Assembly (NCBI GenBank): GCA_017499595.2
Contig: CM038999.1
Coordinates: forward strand, 3,472,001-3,536,000
Direction: 5' to 3'
DNA length: 64,000 nucleotides
From: Psilocybe cubensis
Lineage: Eukaryota
Position numbers and translations under genes: made by a program. The notes under the pieces are model-generated. The model was not told the origin of the DNA. It made no database searches and saw only the letters and a program-made list of their open reading frames with translations. Each line of letters begins with the position of its first letter. Position 1 is the stretch's first letter. Shown piece by piece: positions 63,801 to 64,000 of this stretch.

Positions 63801-64000
63801 CGATGCTTTCAGAGAGATTCCGGGCGGAGGCGGAGATGGTGTGACTGTGCCCCGCGACGTCTTTTCCTCGTCCTGCTCCGCCGCACTTGCACTTGCACTT
63901 GCACTTGCTCCTGCGCCCGTGGCGGATACGGCATCGTTCTTATTCATCAAATCCAAAAATATATCCTCAATCGTCGTGCCGAGGATATCATACCCAACCA
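60898..64000 (-). CDS. ABCA-subfamily ABC transporter, C-terminal half (TMD2-NBD2)
   Basis: Walker A GPNGAGKTT, GVCPQF, signature LSGGNQRKL, Walker B VVLIDE, TTHSMEE, SLESVFL; runs off the window end. Confidence 0.93.

Noticed and set aside
63882-63908. (GCACTT)n repeat
   Set aside because: Coding microsatellite giving an Ala-Ser run in the ABCA linker.
1-64000. CRISPR arrays, prokaryotic operons or a secondary-metabolite cluster
   Set aside because: The DNA is eukaryotic and intron-rich, with no repeat-spacer array and no PKS, NRPS, terpene synthase or repeated-core RiPP precursor seen.

Overview
Intron-rich genomic DNA from a mushroom-forming basidiomycete (Agaricomycete, probably Agaricales), judged from the many short GT-AG introns and the FunK1, BTB and F-box families. 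It holds about 28 protein genes: a FunK1 kinase, an SDR, two tandem GPI-anchored GH16 glucanases, DPH5, Asn-tRNA ligase, ERV2, a proline iminopeptidase, GH71, panB/ECM31, an ABCA transporter, eight lineage-type BTB genes, an F-box/LRR gene, three paralogous single-pass membrane proteins and two small secreted Cys-rich proteins. There are also two intron-containing tRNA-Glu(CTC) genes and two young transposons, each inserted into a coding exon. Best leads: (1) a full-length Ty1/copia element with apparently identical LTRs whose polyprotein frame is interrupted by one in-frame TAG in a CAR-YYA readthrough context followed by a 10-bp hairpin; (2) an unidentified, densely base-paired ~510-nt RNA-like region divergent from panB, with a Pol III B-box and a T5 end; (3) a probable Sororin-like cohesin regulator (KEN box, FGF motif, C-terminal motif); (4) a BTB gene whose last exon may be dual-coding. 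Exon boundaries and folds were read by eye and are unverified.
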